A DNA stretch of 61,819 bases, filler included, from Bipalium vagum (taxonomy: Eukaryota), in assembly GCA_037834085.1 (NCBI GenBank). It is 3 parts of 3 records of this genome, joined end to end, with 100 filler letters (N's around TTAATTAATTAA, not from the genome) between each part and the next. Parts side by side here need not be neighbours in the genome. Positions count along the whole stretch, not along the records: positions 24,040 to 43,914 come from JBBMKC010262067.1; positions 44,015 to 61,819 come from JBBMKC010050160.1; 1 more part is not named here. One strand, given 5' to 3'. The notes beneath the pieces are model-generated. The model was not told where the DNA came from, ran no database searches, and worked only from the letters and a program-made list of their open reading frames with translations. The translations under genes were made by a program, and so were the position numbers. Positions 41,419 through 55,030 of the stretch are shown here, in pieces. Position 1 is the first letter of the stretch, and each line of letters opens with the position of its first letter.

Positions 41419-43914
41419 TATAATTTTTAATTAAAATATTATCCTTAAAAATTGATCTTGTATTTTTAACACCTTTTAAGAAGAGAATTTGTTTAGCACC
41501 ATATTTTAACCTTAACCAAAATATAAAATTAATTAAATGTTAAATTTATGAAGTACAAATTAATTATATAAATAAAAATAATTGTTTTATTAATCTATTC
41601 ATATAGTTTCTATAAATATATTATTTTCAAAAAACATTTAAATATATATTCATAGAAGGAAAAAAACATTATATTAACGTCTTCAAAAATAGTTTTAATA
41701 TCTGAAAATTTTCCAATGTATAGATTTAACTTATATATATAAATAAAAGGAAGAATTAGGCTGGATTAAGCAGATGTAATATTTAATAATAATAATAATA
41801 AAAATATTCATTAACTTCAATATATAATTTCAGTTGAATTATAATCATTGTATGATATTATAAGAATTCATATGTTCGTAACTTTAAAAAATGTTTAATT
41901 AATTAATTATAGCTAATTTTTACAAAACATCTTTTTATTTCTTACAAATATTCTTTTCTCCAGATTTATTTAATATATGAATATTATCAACTTTATTAAA
42001 TTAGATAAAATTCTCAATGGCAAAACGTCTACGTGACAATTTTATCAATTTTAATTTTTCAAAGAAACCGTTATCTATTAAATTAAATATTTAAGATTTA
42101 TATAATTTTTTAAAAATTCTGAAAATTGATTGGAAATAAAATTAATGAAATAAATAATTTGAAGAGAATAAAAATAATTAAATATTTTACATTTATTGGA
42201 AAAATGTGCCAGAAATTATTTTGTGAATTCGTCTGCCATTTAAATGCAAGTATTAAAATGGAAAATACGATATGGAATTTTTTCCATTTTTTTTAGTCTT
42301 TGCAGAGAAATTTCAGTTTTTGTTGCTCGTTTATTTATTGATATTAAGAAATAAATTAAATAGAAAAATCTGATTAATTTGATAATATTAATAGCAATTT
42401 ATTGACTATTTGTGTTTTGTTATTCGTGCCAAGGAATATTGATTATTATCTTGATTTATAAAATACTATTTTATTATTTGGTTAAATTAAGTTTCAAGTA
42501 TAAATAATAATTAACAAAAATTAATTATCGAAATAATTATTATTTTTTAAATTAAAATTTTTGTGATTTTTTTCTTTTTTACTGTACAAATTTCGGTTTC
42601 GGAAATTTATTTTGCTGTTCTACATTTATTCATTATAAAATATTGATTATAAATAATTATTTATTGTGAAATAAAAATATTCTTCAAGAATTTAATCTGG
42701 TCGAGAAATAATGATTTTACAAAATTTTTTTATTTTATTATTATTTATTTTATTTTATATTCACCAATATTTTAATATGGGAAATTCGGAAGTCGTTTTT
42801 ATAAACAAGGGATTTCAGATATTTCCGAGATTTACGAGTTAAATTAATTAAGGTAAAATTGTAAATTGTGAGAAAAGGATTTTATGCTACCTAATTCTGG
42901 TAAACTTTTTACTATGACTTTTCTTAAGTTTTAATTATCCTTGTTTTCATATGAAAAATAAAAGATGTATGATCAGTCAGCCAAAAGGCTTTCAATACTC
43001 AAAAAGATTTTTGTTTACTTCATAGGAGGCTTTTTAAAAGTCCGAAAACCAAGTCACGTCCTAATGAGGAATACACTTTGAGTTTTTAGATAGATACCCA
43101 GATATTTTTATAAGCAAGACGAAGGAAGAAAGCTTTCTCTACTCTTAAGAATTTGTTTTTCTTTCAATTTTTGAGAATATATTGTTTTATTTTCCTTAAA
43201 TATGTAATGGGACAGTTTTAATTAAGGAATATTAATGTAATTTTAAAAAGGAAAATTGTTTTACGTTTGAAAAAATATGATATTATTTTAATTTTTTCTC
43301 ATTTTTTTTCATTAAAAATATTGATTTTTTAAATGCTCGAACACATTCTTAATTAGTATTTTTTTGAGAAAGGATATTGTCTTTCAAAACTTGTGTTAAA
43401 CTTTAACTGTCTCAAAAATATTATATTTATAAATTGTAACAAATATTTGTAATTATTAGACATTAAATAGACTAGAGTAATTTATTAATATTTTAAAATC
43501 TTTTAGACCTATAAAATATGTAGTGATTTAAACAAATTTCTTTATCTCTTTAACTTGGAGTATTTTTTGTTTATTAGTATTAATAATCAACTTTTACTTC
43601 ATTCAAAAATGAAATCGAAACATTTAAACATTAATATCAGGAGAATCACTTATATATTTTAATTAAAAGCTTTTTAAATAAAAATGTATTAATTAAAACT
43701 GTAACAGAAAATCAATAGGACTCAGAAAAAGTTTTAATATTTTCGAAAATATTTTTAATTTTTTTAATAATTATAATTTAGTAGTAAAAATTAAAATCTT
43801 AGATAATAAAACTTAAAAGAAATAAAAAATTAAAAAGTAATTTAATAATGTGAAAAACAATGATTTATTAATTCTTAATTTTGATAAAAAAGGTAAATCT
43901 GTTCTGTATTATAA

Positions 43915-44014
43915 NNNNNNNNNNNNNNNNNNNNNNNNNNNNNNNNNNNNNNNNNNNNTTAATTAATTAANNNNNNNNNNNNNNNNNNNNNNNNNNNNNN
44001 NNNNNNNNNNNNNN
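43915..44014. other. artificial 100-nt contig spacer (N44-TTAATTAATTAA-N44)
   Basis: Same linker as 23940-24039; followed by (AAT)n at 44015-44083. Confidence 0.95.
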
Positions 44015-44025
44015 AATAATAATAA

Positions 44026-44085
<60 letters not shown>

Positions 44086-47000
44086 TTTTAGAAACATGAA
44101 AAATATAATAATAAATATTATCAAAGAGATTGATGAGATTTAATTATTCTGCTTATTTTTAATATTTATTTATCAGAATTGCTCACTCGTTCTGTATTCT
44201 CACTCATAACCAATTTATAAACTTTAATTTAATCAATATTTCTTTAATTAAAAACAAATTAATGGATTTTCTGTACAGGAATTGTTTTAATTCGTGTACA
44301 ACAATATATTAATTCTGCACATCATTCATGATCTGCAAGAAGAGTATTTCAGCCAGAATAATTTTCTTGCAATATTGAAAATAATTAATTATTATTTTCA
44401 ACAAAATAAATAAATAAATAAATATATTCTCCTTATTACTTTTCAAATAAAGTCGTACAGCTTTCCGTTTGTGGAGAATTGTATTCGAACATAATAATAT
44501 GATTGCGGACATCTGAAAATACTAATTAGCAGGAGATGATATAGCGACAGTCGACGTACGCGGACTGCAAGGCTGACGGGGCTGGGCATCATTAGGTTGT
44601 CCTTGTACAGCCTTCTTCACGAGGCCTTCTCGGGGAAATCGCCGTTTCATAGCGAATGAATTTTGAACGAAATATAAATAATTTTCGCAATTGAAAATTG
44701 TGAAAAAAGTGGGAAAATTTTTATGAAAAATATTATGCCTTATTATTAAAAGATGACATAGAAAATTAATTAAAATTACGTTTCGTAAAATAAATTAAAA
44801 AGAGAAGTCTTACACGAAAAATTGAAATATATCGTGAAAATGGCAATTTGAAAAGAGATTTCATTTTCATACGGGTAATATTCTTGGAGAATATTTTTAT
44901 GAATTAAAGTATATTTCTGGCATTATGTATAATAGTATATTATTACATGTGGAGCTGATAAAAATGGTTGTCAATGGTAATTAAAAATCATAAAAAATCC
45001 CATCTTATAAAAAAATAAATAAATTTTTTTTAGATAAATGCACCTTTTTCAAAATTAAACAAAAAAATATATTTCGTACAAAAGGGTTTTAAATTTTTTA
45101 AAATAATATTAATTTAATAAATAATAATAAATAAAAAAATAATAATTAATAATTTTTGCAAATAAAAATCGAATTAAATTTTAAAAATTTTTCACATTAA
45201 TTAATTTTTTAATTTCTGTGTTAAAAAGTTGGTCGAGAGAATAATTGCATGTTTCATATTTATTTCATTTTAGATATGGATTTTATTCAGCTTTCGGAAT
45301 TAATTTTTTATCATTTCTCTTTTATCAATTTATATCTCAATTATCTCCGACTTTCCATCTTTTCTTTTACCTCTCGTGTTATAGATTATTTTTATAGTGA
45401 TACAGTGTATATATATTTTAATCTAGTGAATAATAATTTTTTATTTTTCAAGTATACGCTTTTTAAAAAAACATTTTTGAACACAAAAATTTTTATTTAT
45501 ATTAATATCGTGAAACATGTTTCGATCTTTTCTCTCAGATCTTTTCCAGTCAATTTAATTCATATCATTGGAAAAAATTAAAAAAACCTTTTTAATTCTA
45601 AATACTTTAAAAATAGAATTTGTTAATATATTTAAAATTTTCCTTTTTCCTTTCCTTCCTTTATTTTGTGAATTAATTTCTGGTTTCAATTTTTTTTAAA
45701 TTACCAATGATTCGTATATTTTTCTTTCTTTATCATTATTAAAGTTGTTCATTACTTCACTAAACTCATTTTCATTGGCATATTTATTTCCTTTTCTTTC
45801 TTGGCAATTAAAGTATGATGTGGACATATTTAAATTTGTGAAATTATTTGTAAATCAATTTTCAACAATATAATGAACATTTTTCTTTGAATCATGCACA
45901 TCAGAAAAATATAAATTAGAAAATCAAAAACTTAATAACAGAAAAAAATTCATTTTAGCATGGTTGCCATATTAACAACTATTGGTTTGCAACCCACAAG
46001 AGAAGATATTTTTTTAATAATTTTTTAAGTAACCTTGAAAATCTTAGTATTCAAACAAACTTCTGTCAAAGCATGGTATTTCATGTCATTAGAAAATACC
46101 TTCAAAATTTTACCATTATTACTTTTTCAAATTTCCAAGTACATTAAATTACATTTCAATACATTAATCAATATTTTAATTGAAACATTAATTAAAATTA
46201 ATAAATCATTAAATTAAAATCATTAGTACAAAAAATACATTAATATTTAAAACAAAAATACTTTAATTAAATTTTTAAAGTTTTTTTGTATAAAATTTAG
46301 TATTAATAAATAAATCTACATAACTGGAAATAGGATTTTAAAATTAAAAATTCCCTTGATCTGACTAGTCTTCTTATAACAGAAGTGAACGTAATGAAAC
46401 ATAATAAAAACGTAGGAGAAGAAATAGGAGAACCACGTATAACCAATAAGAAGACATGTGAAGAATACAATAAGTAATACGTACTAATATTAAAAAGGTA
46501 GGGTAATTTTTAGACACCTCACCACTTTCTGCATAAATTTTTTCCGTAAAATCAAAGAAAATGTACATTTATTGTGTATCCTTTTTTACATAAGAATATA
46601 AACATGAGTAAACCAAATGGGAAATGCTCATACAACTCTCGACAAGCAATTTAGCCTTTCCAATGAACGTAGACCTCAAAATCATCAGTAAATGTCTGAA
46701 TCAATCTGAAGTAATACAGCTTTGAGTGCAATTCTTTCATCACCTTAGGGTTTATTTTATGTTTGTTATTCAAACAGTTCCAGATTCAATGGGTTTTAAA
46801 ATTCAATGACGATGTACTTGGATGGACATTGATTAAGAAAGTCTCTATCGCCATCCCTTAATTGGCCAGCCTCTATGGGAGTCCTCACTTCTTCAGCCCT
46901 GATTTCCTTCAAATAAAAGAAACATTGATCAATATTTGTATTTTTTGTGATTTCGAAATATTTCGTTTTCTTTGAAATATTACGATCCCAAAGTTTATTG

Positions 47001-47783
47001 ATCACATTTGGTCCAATGTGTAAATTTGTAAATACTTTTTAGTAATAATATTGTGATAAAATTACATATAAATTTCTACTACTGAATTCTTTTTATTTTT
47101 AATTTCTAATAATAATAATAATAATAATAATTACTATTATTAATTATTTTATTAATTATTTGTTTTTACTATTTATTATCTTTTATTTATTTTAATTTCT
47201 TTTTCTTCTTTTCGATGATATCATACAAGTATTTTCATTATTGCCCCTTCAAACACATTCTACGTTGCACCCTTCGACTGTTCATTCGTCTTCTTGATTA
47301 ATTGGGTCCCACCTTCGAAGATTTTGTCACGTCTCTCACCATCCTCTTATCCCTTATATTTCTGTGTAAAGTTGAATTTAAACAATAAAAAGGAAAGAGA
47401 CATTATTAAATATTATTCGAAAAATGAATATGATATATAAAAAAAATGAATTAAATATGCGGAGAATTATATTAAAGTTACCTGAAATTATCAAAGGAAA
47501 TCTGTCAGAAAACGAGACGTCCCCTATCCGACGTGAGGTGAGAGACGAAGGAAGATTTTTAAGAATAATTCTAAGCTGAAAAACAAAATTTTACCCGACG
47601 TAATTAATAATTAATAAAACATTTTTCAGCGAAAATACGTTATATCAAATAACAATCGATATGTTTCCCTGCAAATACTCGCCATGAAAAGAGTGTGATA
47701 AATTTCTGTTGGATTTTATTTTAATTTTCCCAATTTAAGTTATTGTATGATGACTTAGTGATATTTTAATATTGTGATCACAG

Positions 47784-47896
47784 ATCTCAAATGGAAGAAT
47801 TTGGCCAAAGAATCCCTGGAGGAGCTTGAATGGTGTCTGCTACAATTGACTAACGTCCAGACCAAACAGACCTTTGGCGATATTTCCACAGAAAAA
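47784..47896 (+). CDS. PDE4: cAMP phosphodiesterase PDE4/dunce-like, UCR2 exon A
   Basis: cacag|..LKWKNLAKESLEELEWCLLQLTNVQTKQTFGDISTEK|gtaatt matches UCR2 KLA.ETLEELDWCLDQLET.QT..SV.EMAS.K, with the conserved phase-0 junction. Confidence 0.85.
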
Positions 47897-48092
47897 GTAA
47901 TTTCTATTATGATCTCTCACGTTCACTCTCCTTCTCTCTTTCACTCATTTATCACTGTTAATTTACAGTTAATTTTGTAACGGAATTATCATCGTTTTGC
48001 TTTCATTTAATAATTAACGTCGTCAGTACCAACAATTGAAAGTTCACAACATCTGTCTCGATGGCCATCAGTACTGGACATGAAATCCAGAA

Positions 48093-48206
48093 ATGCCAAT
48101 GCCTGGTTCCAAAAGTCTACGGGATGCCTCCGTTGCCATGGGAATCACTAGAAATTTGACATTCCTCTTTTTAAAAACTGATGATAAAAAATATTTTCCG
48201 AAGTTG
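48093..48206 (+). CDS. candidate alternative first exon of a super-short PDE4 isoform
   Basis: ATG-started open frame MPMPGSKSLRDASVAMGITRNLTFLFLKTDDKKYFPKL ending at a phase-0 GT (gttaaa); in frame with the FKQVL exon. Confidence 0.4.
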
Positions 48207-49149
48207 GTTAAATATCAACCGATTTTCTGAATGGCACAAATTTTAATGATAGTAAAATTAATAATATTATTATATAATAATATTAAAATAATATAATAAT
48301 AATAAAATAAAAACTGAAGTGACACAATTTTTAAATATAAAAATATTATTAAAATTGAAATTTATCAAGTCGCAATTTGATTAGGCATAATTAAAACAAA
48401 ATTCAGTTCCACAATCTTTTTTAATTTAATTTAATATTATTATTATTACATCATGTAATTACGGGGATAATTATCTTAAATTTCAAACAATTATATATAT
48501 TTAATTAAAATATGAAATTTTTTAAAATTTTAATTGACGTTATTATTTCTGATTTGCACCAATCGTTTTTTGGAAAAATATTTAATATTTATTTAGATAA
48601 TATTATAATGTTGACATAATACTTCTGTTTTCGTATTATTTTATATAAAATGATTGTGGAATGATTTTTTTGTTTCTTTTATATAAAGCATTGATTTTTT
48701 ATGATTACACCGTTATCTGGATAAATACTTTAAATCGTTCTGAAAACCTTCACGAAACACCATTTTGTTTATTTAGAGTATTTAAACAAATAGTTGATCA
48801 AAATCATATATTTAAAATTATCCACTTCCATGTCTTCAACATATTTTATTACTTCGACCTTTCGCTCTATTGCTATTTCGTTTCTTGTTTTCGGCTTATT
48901 CATTTAAAGTTGTAACAAATTTTGAATTATTAAAACAGTATTAAAACAAATTAAATTCATTTTACATGAATCTTTTTCTATATATTAAAAATATTTTGAC
49001 CTACAAAAAATTTTAATTCACGTTAGACAAATATTCATAGTATACGAAAATTTTTTTTGAGACCCAAGTATGGATTTAATTTGGGACTTTGAAATTCATT
49101 CACATTAGACAATTTTTCATATTACACACATTCTTTATTTAGGAGAACT

Positions 49150-49470
49150 ATAAATTTTCCTAACCAGTTATACAACATGGCACACATATATATGTCTAGG
49201 CCTGCTTCAACAGTAAAGGAGTTGGACTTTTAAAAAGAATCAATGGTAATATGAATGCCGAGAAATATCGAAAAGAGATTTTTCATGACATAAACATAAT
49301 TGGTCAATGCTTAGTCTTACCAAAAACAGTATTCATCTCTCAACATGATTTGGCTTCACCATATAGGTGTCAAAACGACTCAGGCTTTCTTAAAAGAAAT
49401 ATTGATGTCATATTGATTTCATATTCTCTTGACACGAATCCAGTACAAAATCTTGGTGATTTTTAACATT
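49150..49470 (+). mobile_element. Tc1 (DD34E-like) transposase fragment
   Basis: MNAEKY..I...FISQHDLASP...SLDTNPVQNL (compare SPDLNPIENLW). Confidence 0.7.
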
Positions 49471-49859
49471 TGACTCATTAGGTGTATTGCAGACGCAGTC
49501 TTATGAAAGGTATTAATCGAGGTGTTGTGTGTCCTTATGTAATGAAGGTTATATCCTGTGATTTAAGTTTAAAACTATTTAGCATTTTTTTGCAGGGAGC
49601 TCTGTAGATTTAGTCCCACAGTAATTTCAATTTTATGTCAGTCTTGTACCAAGATTATGATACTTTTGGGATTTTATTTCTCCATTGATATTTCTCTATC
49701 GAATTATTTTTTCTTTATATTTTTATAATGCATATTTTTTATTAATTCTACTCAAACTTTCTCATGATATTCCTAATTCTCTAAGCAATGTTTTATGATT
49801 TCTCTTTGTAAAGTATGTTCAACATTTTTATATTTATTAAGTAATATGACAATTTTCAG

Positions 49860-49950
49860 TTTAAGCAAGTTCTTGAAGAGGAGCTGTTACAACTTGCATC
49901 GAACTGCAAGACCGGGGCTGAAGTCATAGATCATATTAAATCATTTCTGA
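49860..49950 (+). CDS. PDE4: PDE4/dunce-like, UCR2 exon B
   Basis: ttttcag|FKQVLEEELLQLASNCKTGAEVIDHIKSFL A|gtaagc, compare [31 protein letters not shown]. Confidence 0.82.
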
Positions 49951-51399
49951 GTAAGCTCACAATCTTTACCTTCTTCTAATGTGAAATATCAGATTTAATT
50001 AATCAAACTTTTACAAGATATTTTTCTCTAAAATAATAATATTATTTTTTCAAACAATTTTATTTTCCTTTATCTGTAATCAACAAAAAGTTTTGATTTT
50101 TTTTAGAACAGTTTCCGGTAAAATTAAAATAATAATAAAAAAAATAAAATAATAATAATAAAAAACGTAAAGAAAAAAATTACAGAAAATTATTTCCAGC
50201 TGTAGCAATATTAATATATTAAATTAATATTATAATTAATATACAAATTATAATATCCTCTTTATATTTTTAAAAAATCATTATCACTTTCTTCAATAAT
50301 TGATAATATTGATTTTATCATAAAAATTCAAGATTTAATTAATGAGAAAAATATCCTGCTATTAAACTTGAGTTATAAATAATTATTAATAATTTTTTTT
50401 AAAAATGTGCATGAAAAGATTTTATTTAAATTTGTGATTTATTTTAATTCTGAATATTTATAAAATGTTAAAGTGAAAAATATTGAGCCTTTAACAAAAC
50501 ATAATAGTTAATTTTAAATGAATGTAATGTAATAAAATGTAAGGTGACATAAAAATTATATGGCTAATTTCTGTACCGTTCATAAAAGAAAAAAATTGGT
50601 AACAAAACAGTTAAAATTTGTTGAAAGAGATCTTTGACTGAAAATCAGTCGGAATGGGTTGAAATATCTTTCCTGCTTAATAATGACAAAAATAAAACTA
50701 AATATTCATCAATAACACAATACCTGGCCATTGAAATAGACAAAAGTATCGAGATTCCAACTGTTATATTGCGTCAAAATGAATAACACCCATAGCGGAT
50801 CGACAAACACTTAATAATACTTTTTTCCCATGAATATTTGGTTTTGGGGTCCACAAAAAAGGGGTCCACATTAAAGCCACTGTATATACAAATAATGTGT
50901 TTTTAAAAAATATCACAGAAAAATTTGCCTAGTGGCAAATACAATTTATCTTTCTTCTCGGTCATTTGCAGTTGTCTTCTGCATATGTCTTCTGGAGGTT
51001 TCAATCGCCTTGGATTCTGACGTATTAAAGTTTTTTCTATTGCTGGAGTTGACTCTTCTTTGTCCTTCGTCCATCTGGGCTTTGTCAAGGTCGTCCACGG
51101 AAATTTTTTGATAGATGAAGTTATTTTTTTCCTCCAGAGCATCCAACCTTTTAATGATGAACTTTTGTTCCTCTTTGTTTTAACAGCCTTCCATAATTTC
51201 AAGTATTTATTTTCTTTTATAATTATATATAAACAAATATTTCCTTTTAAAAAAAATATATCAACGAATATAATTTTTTCTTTTATGAAATTTAACCTAC
51301 TACTCATTTTCTTCTGCCTTTGGAATGAATTATGTTACGTGATGTTATTGATTTTGTTCTGACGTCATTGCTTGATTTTTGTTTAGCAGAGCGCTTCTG

Positions 51400-51652
51400 T
51401 AATCTCATTTTTAAAAATGCATCGAATGATTTTAGATTTAAACGAACGTATCTTCAATAGATTCACGCATGTTGAAGAAAGATGGAAAGCAAACTTTAGA
51501 ACACCTGTACCGAGTCCAATCTTGTATGCAAATTAGAAGTTCAAAGCGCACATTTTGAACATTTGTAGACACTAAATATACCTATTAAATTTTTTTTTCA
51601 TATCTTATTTTTATTTAAGTTTGTGGTTCCGTTAGTTTTGGGACACCCAGTA
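51400..51652 (+). mobile_element. 3' end of a Tc1/mariner-superfamily element
   Basis: ...AHFEHL* followed by a TIR-like gttagttttgggacaccc..TA. Confidence 0.55.
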
Positions 51653-52099
51653 TGTTTTGATTGGATTTGTATGATTTTTCCCGAACTGTTTGATTCACCT
51701 TCGTATAGTCAAATAACAAAGTAATTATTGGAACAGTCATATCATATAGTCCTCTGATCCTTTTGAAATGAACCTGTTGGATATTTTCCTAGGAAGTAGA
51801 GTAATAGGACAATTCAATTCCAATAATTGACTAAAGCTGTCCTCAAAAGAATCCTTAGAAGACCAGAGAGAGATGGTGTATAGTTGTAAAGAGTATTGAT
51901 CGTTAAAAGTACCACCTTTACTGAATATACTTTCTTGAAAAAGTACGGTTGTTTGGTTGCCCTCTGTTTAATTCAATTTATCGTTATCCATTGTTATGGT
52001 TATTATGAATTCGTAATTATTTTTATATTTCTAACTGAACATTAATCTTTTCGAATTGTGTACAGTTTCCATCATAAATTATCTTTTGATGTTTTATAG

Positions 52100-52194
52100 G
52101 GTACATTTGAACTACATGAGAAGCCTAGGTCTACCCATCCACCTGTGTTCCGAATTTGTTAGAAAGCAAGTGAACATAGTCAACTTGACAGACG
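52100..52194 (+). CDS. unassigned exon (possibly PDE4 linker region)
   Basis: Strong ttttatag acceptor and gtaagt donor; only open frame is VHLNYMRSLGLPIHLCSEFVRKQVNIVNLTD (phase 2-1). Confidence 0.55.
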
Positions 52195-53229
52195 GTAAGT
52201 GAACGTTAACTTGTTAATAATTATAATAAAAATATGTTTTATATTATTTATTTCTGTTTTCACCACCGTGGATTCTTATAAAGTGGTCATTTAGGAAAGT
52301 GGGTAACTTACCATATTTAAATTTTGTTCCCAACAGAGCACATCTTCATTTCATTATTTTTCCCAATATTTAAAAATAATATTAGCAAAGAAAAACTTAT
52401 AATATCCCAAAAGCTAGACATATCATTTCCTGGGAGAAAGCTGTCAGATTAGTTCAATCTAATAAAAAAATAATTTCATCCTGAAAATATTAATCCCCGT
52501 TCTTCTTCACCATTTAAATTCGTGAGATAATTTTATTTATTTATTAAATTTATCTGAGAAGGAAATTAATTTCTTATTATGTAAGTAACAGTGTAAAATA
52601 GCAAAATTACCGATTGGGTCTGGTCATAGAGAGCAACCTTGTTCTGTTAGGACTCTTAATCGAACCTCCTTTGAATGACAAAACAGCTGTCATCTTTAAA
52701 TCCTCACGTCTAAGATTTTTAATAATTTAATTAGTCTAATTTATTAACGTTCCATCTTCAAACCACTAACTTTGTCTGCAGGTTTATCATTTTTTCTACA
52801 AGATCCACATCTAGTACTCAATAAACCAATGTTTCCCTTTATTTAATTGGAGTTTGTTTAACGGTTAAATAACTTACTCATTGAACGATGAATTTCTCAA
52901 CATCATCACCTTTGCTGAATGCCTTTGATAAATAACGCTCCGTGATAAAGTCAAAATGCATTAGTATCACAATTTTAACATTTATCCGTTTTTAATCCAT
53001 AAGTCAAGATTTTCAATAATTTATTAATGATCATAACAAATCCGATTCACATTTAAAGTTATTAACTGATTAAAATCTATACTTTATTAACACTGTGAAG
53101 ATTAAAAAGTTAAGAATAATTTAAAATAGTTTGATAAATTTTTATTTAAACTAAATAATTAATTTGTTTAAGTAATTGTGTTATTAAAAATTGACAATTA
53201 AATTTTCAATAATTTTTAAGAGGGTATAA

Positions 53230-54100
53230 TACAAAGCGTGTATAAGGTAAGTATCCGACTTTTGAGTTCAGCAAAAAAATATCATATCATAATTAAATAT
53301 ATTTAATTGACATTTTATTAAGAAATATAATTTCCAAAAGTTATTGTAATTGTTTAAATAAGTCGATATTATCGAATTTAACGGCAGTAAATTCAAATTT
53401 TAATAATATTCTGCATCAAAGGAAAATTGTTTTATTGATGCTTGAAATGAGTCACATTAGTCAGTGGCCATTTAGAATAATTGAAATAGAAAAGGATACA
53501 TACAATGAGATGATGAGAAAGATATTCCAAAAAATAAAAAAGATTGAGTATGGTTGTGATCTTTAGAAGTCTGGCAGAACATCAATTGAAGGTGAAAAAA
53601 AATGAAATTAAAAAGATAAAGTATCAAGTCAAAAAGGATGGCACCTCGAAATGATGAATTGACGAAATAATAGAATAGGTTTTGTTTTCTCTAGTATCAG
53701 AGGACGTCAATAGATAGGTATCATCAAGTGATTGTCTTGACAATTCTGTTAATCAGGATCCAGCTTACAATTAGCAAAACTAAGGCTGTACAAAAAATGA
53801 AAATATTTTTATTCTCAGAAAAATTCCATTTGCTGATGAGTCTGACTGAGAGATGCTCAACTGCAATCTTTATTAATGGCAACTCACAAGGAGTCTATTC
53901 TCTGGGATCAGACTAACTAGACTGACTCAGGATGAGATCATTCTGAAACTATTTTTTCATATTATGATTTGGGAAAACGGATAACAATATCGCAAATATT
54001 CTCCTCAGATATTAGAAAATATTTCCGAGATGGGAGAAAAATATTTTTCGAAGAATTCTGATTTTTAAATATGTTTCGGTCAACAATAACTAATGAAGTT
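53230..54100 (-). mobile_element. highly degenerate Tc1/mariner-superfamily remnant
   Basis: Minus strand ~53520-53580 resembles a decayed SPDL.P..FF.W.Y motif; TA-flanked terminus near 53230. Confidence 0.45.
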
Positions 54101-54299
54101 TTCAATAAACAACTTAGAAAGTAAACAGTTCTGTTTATTATTAGTCCATTAAATATGAAATATCAGATTTGCAAAATCCAAAGAGTGACATTAGATAATT
54201 TATATAATTGATCTCGAAAGTTATTTGTTTTAGTTTTACTGCTTAAATAAGTAATCAATTTTTATAGCACATATTTAAATATCTAATTATATTTTAAAT

Positions 54300-55030
54300 T
54301 GGCCTTCTTTGAGAAACCTTTCTACACAATGGATATTTCAAAAATTCTTGTCAATTTTGAATACGAGTTCCGTCGTGGAACTAATGCACTGCAAACGATT
54401 CGAAATATGAGTTGTGTTTGGAAGCAAGGTCGTCAATGAACGAATGATGCAGCGATGGGTTTAGAAGGTCCTTGTAGGAGATTTAAGTCTTCTAAATATG
54501 TAACGTGTTTTGTATCTGAGAAGAAGTTGAATCAATCTGTGCTGAAAGATGTTTTTGGGAAAGATTCATCTCAAAGTACTCAGGAGTGAGTGTTGACATT
54601 ATATATTTTCATCTCAACAAGTTAACAAGGTTAAAAAGCTTGACTGATGGGTATCACACGAAATGTGGGACTATCAGAAAACAAATCATATTCAAGCTTG
54701 TCTATTTTTCTTATTACGACAGAAAGGCGAACCATTTCTTCAACGTATTGTAACACGTCTAAGGCTTAGATTAGATAATCACATATTATCCCCTTAATGG
54801 TTGAATAAAGATGAAGCACTCAGACCTAGTCCAAAGCCAAAAGTTCGCCAACCATGTTATCCGTCTGGTGGTCCGTTGCTAGAATTATCCTCTACATTTT
54901 TTCAAAACCATAAAATTCTTTTACAGTAGAAACAATCTGGTACCTTATTAAAGGATATGATGAAGTGATCGGTATTAATCAACCTAGATTGGTTAAACGA
55001 GACAAACCAATTCTCTTGCAACAAAACGCT
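54300..55030 (+). mobile_element. degenerate mariner (cecropia-subfamily-like), 3'-truncated
   Basis: MDISKIL..FEYEFRRGTNA.QT.RN...NER..QRW, WVSHE, PFLQRIVT, MLSVWWS and PILLQ.NA motifs. Confidence 0.85.

Noticed and set aside
45249-45581. F/I/L/Y/N-rich ORFs (also 29008, 35261, 37695, 48661 and others)
   Set aside because: The composition is what AT-rich non-coding DNA gives by chance; no motifs or splice support.
46374-47005. Minus-strand ORFs of 64 and 69 aa
   Set aside because: Surrounded by stops with no recognisable motif; probably a decayed repeat that I cannot assign.
53833-53950. CTGATGA hammerhead-like core
   Set aside because: No correctly placed stem II plus GAAA; it lies within a TE relic.
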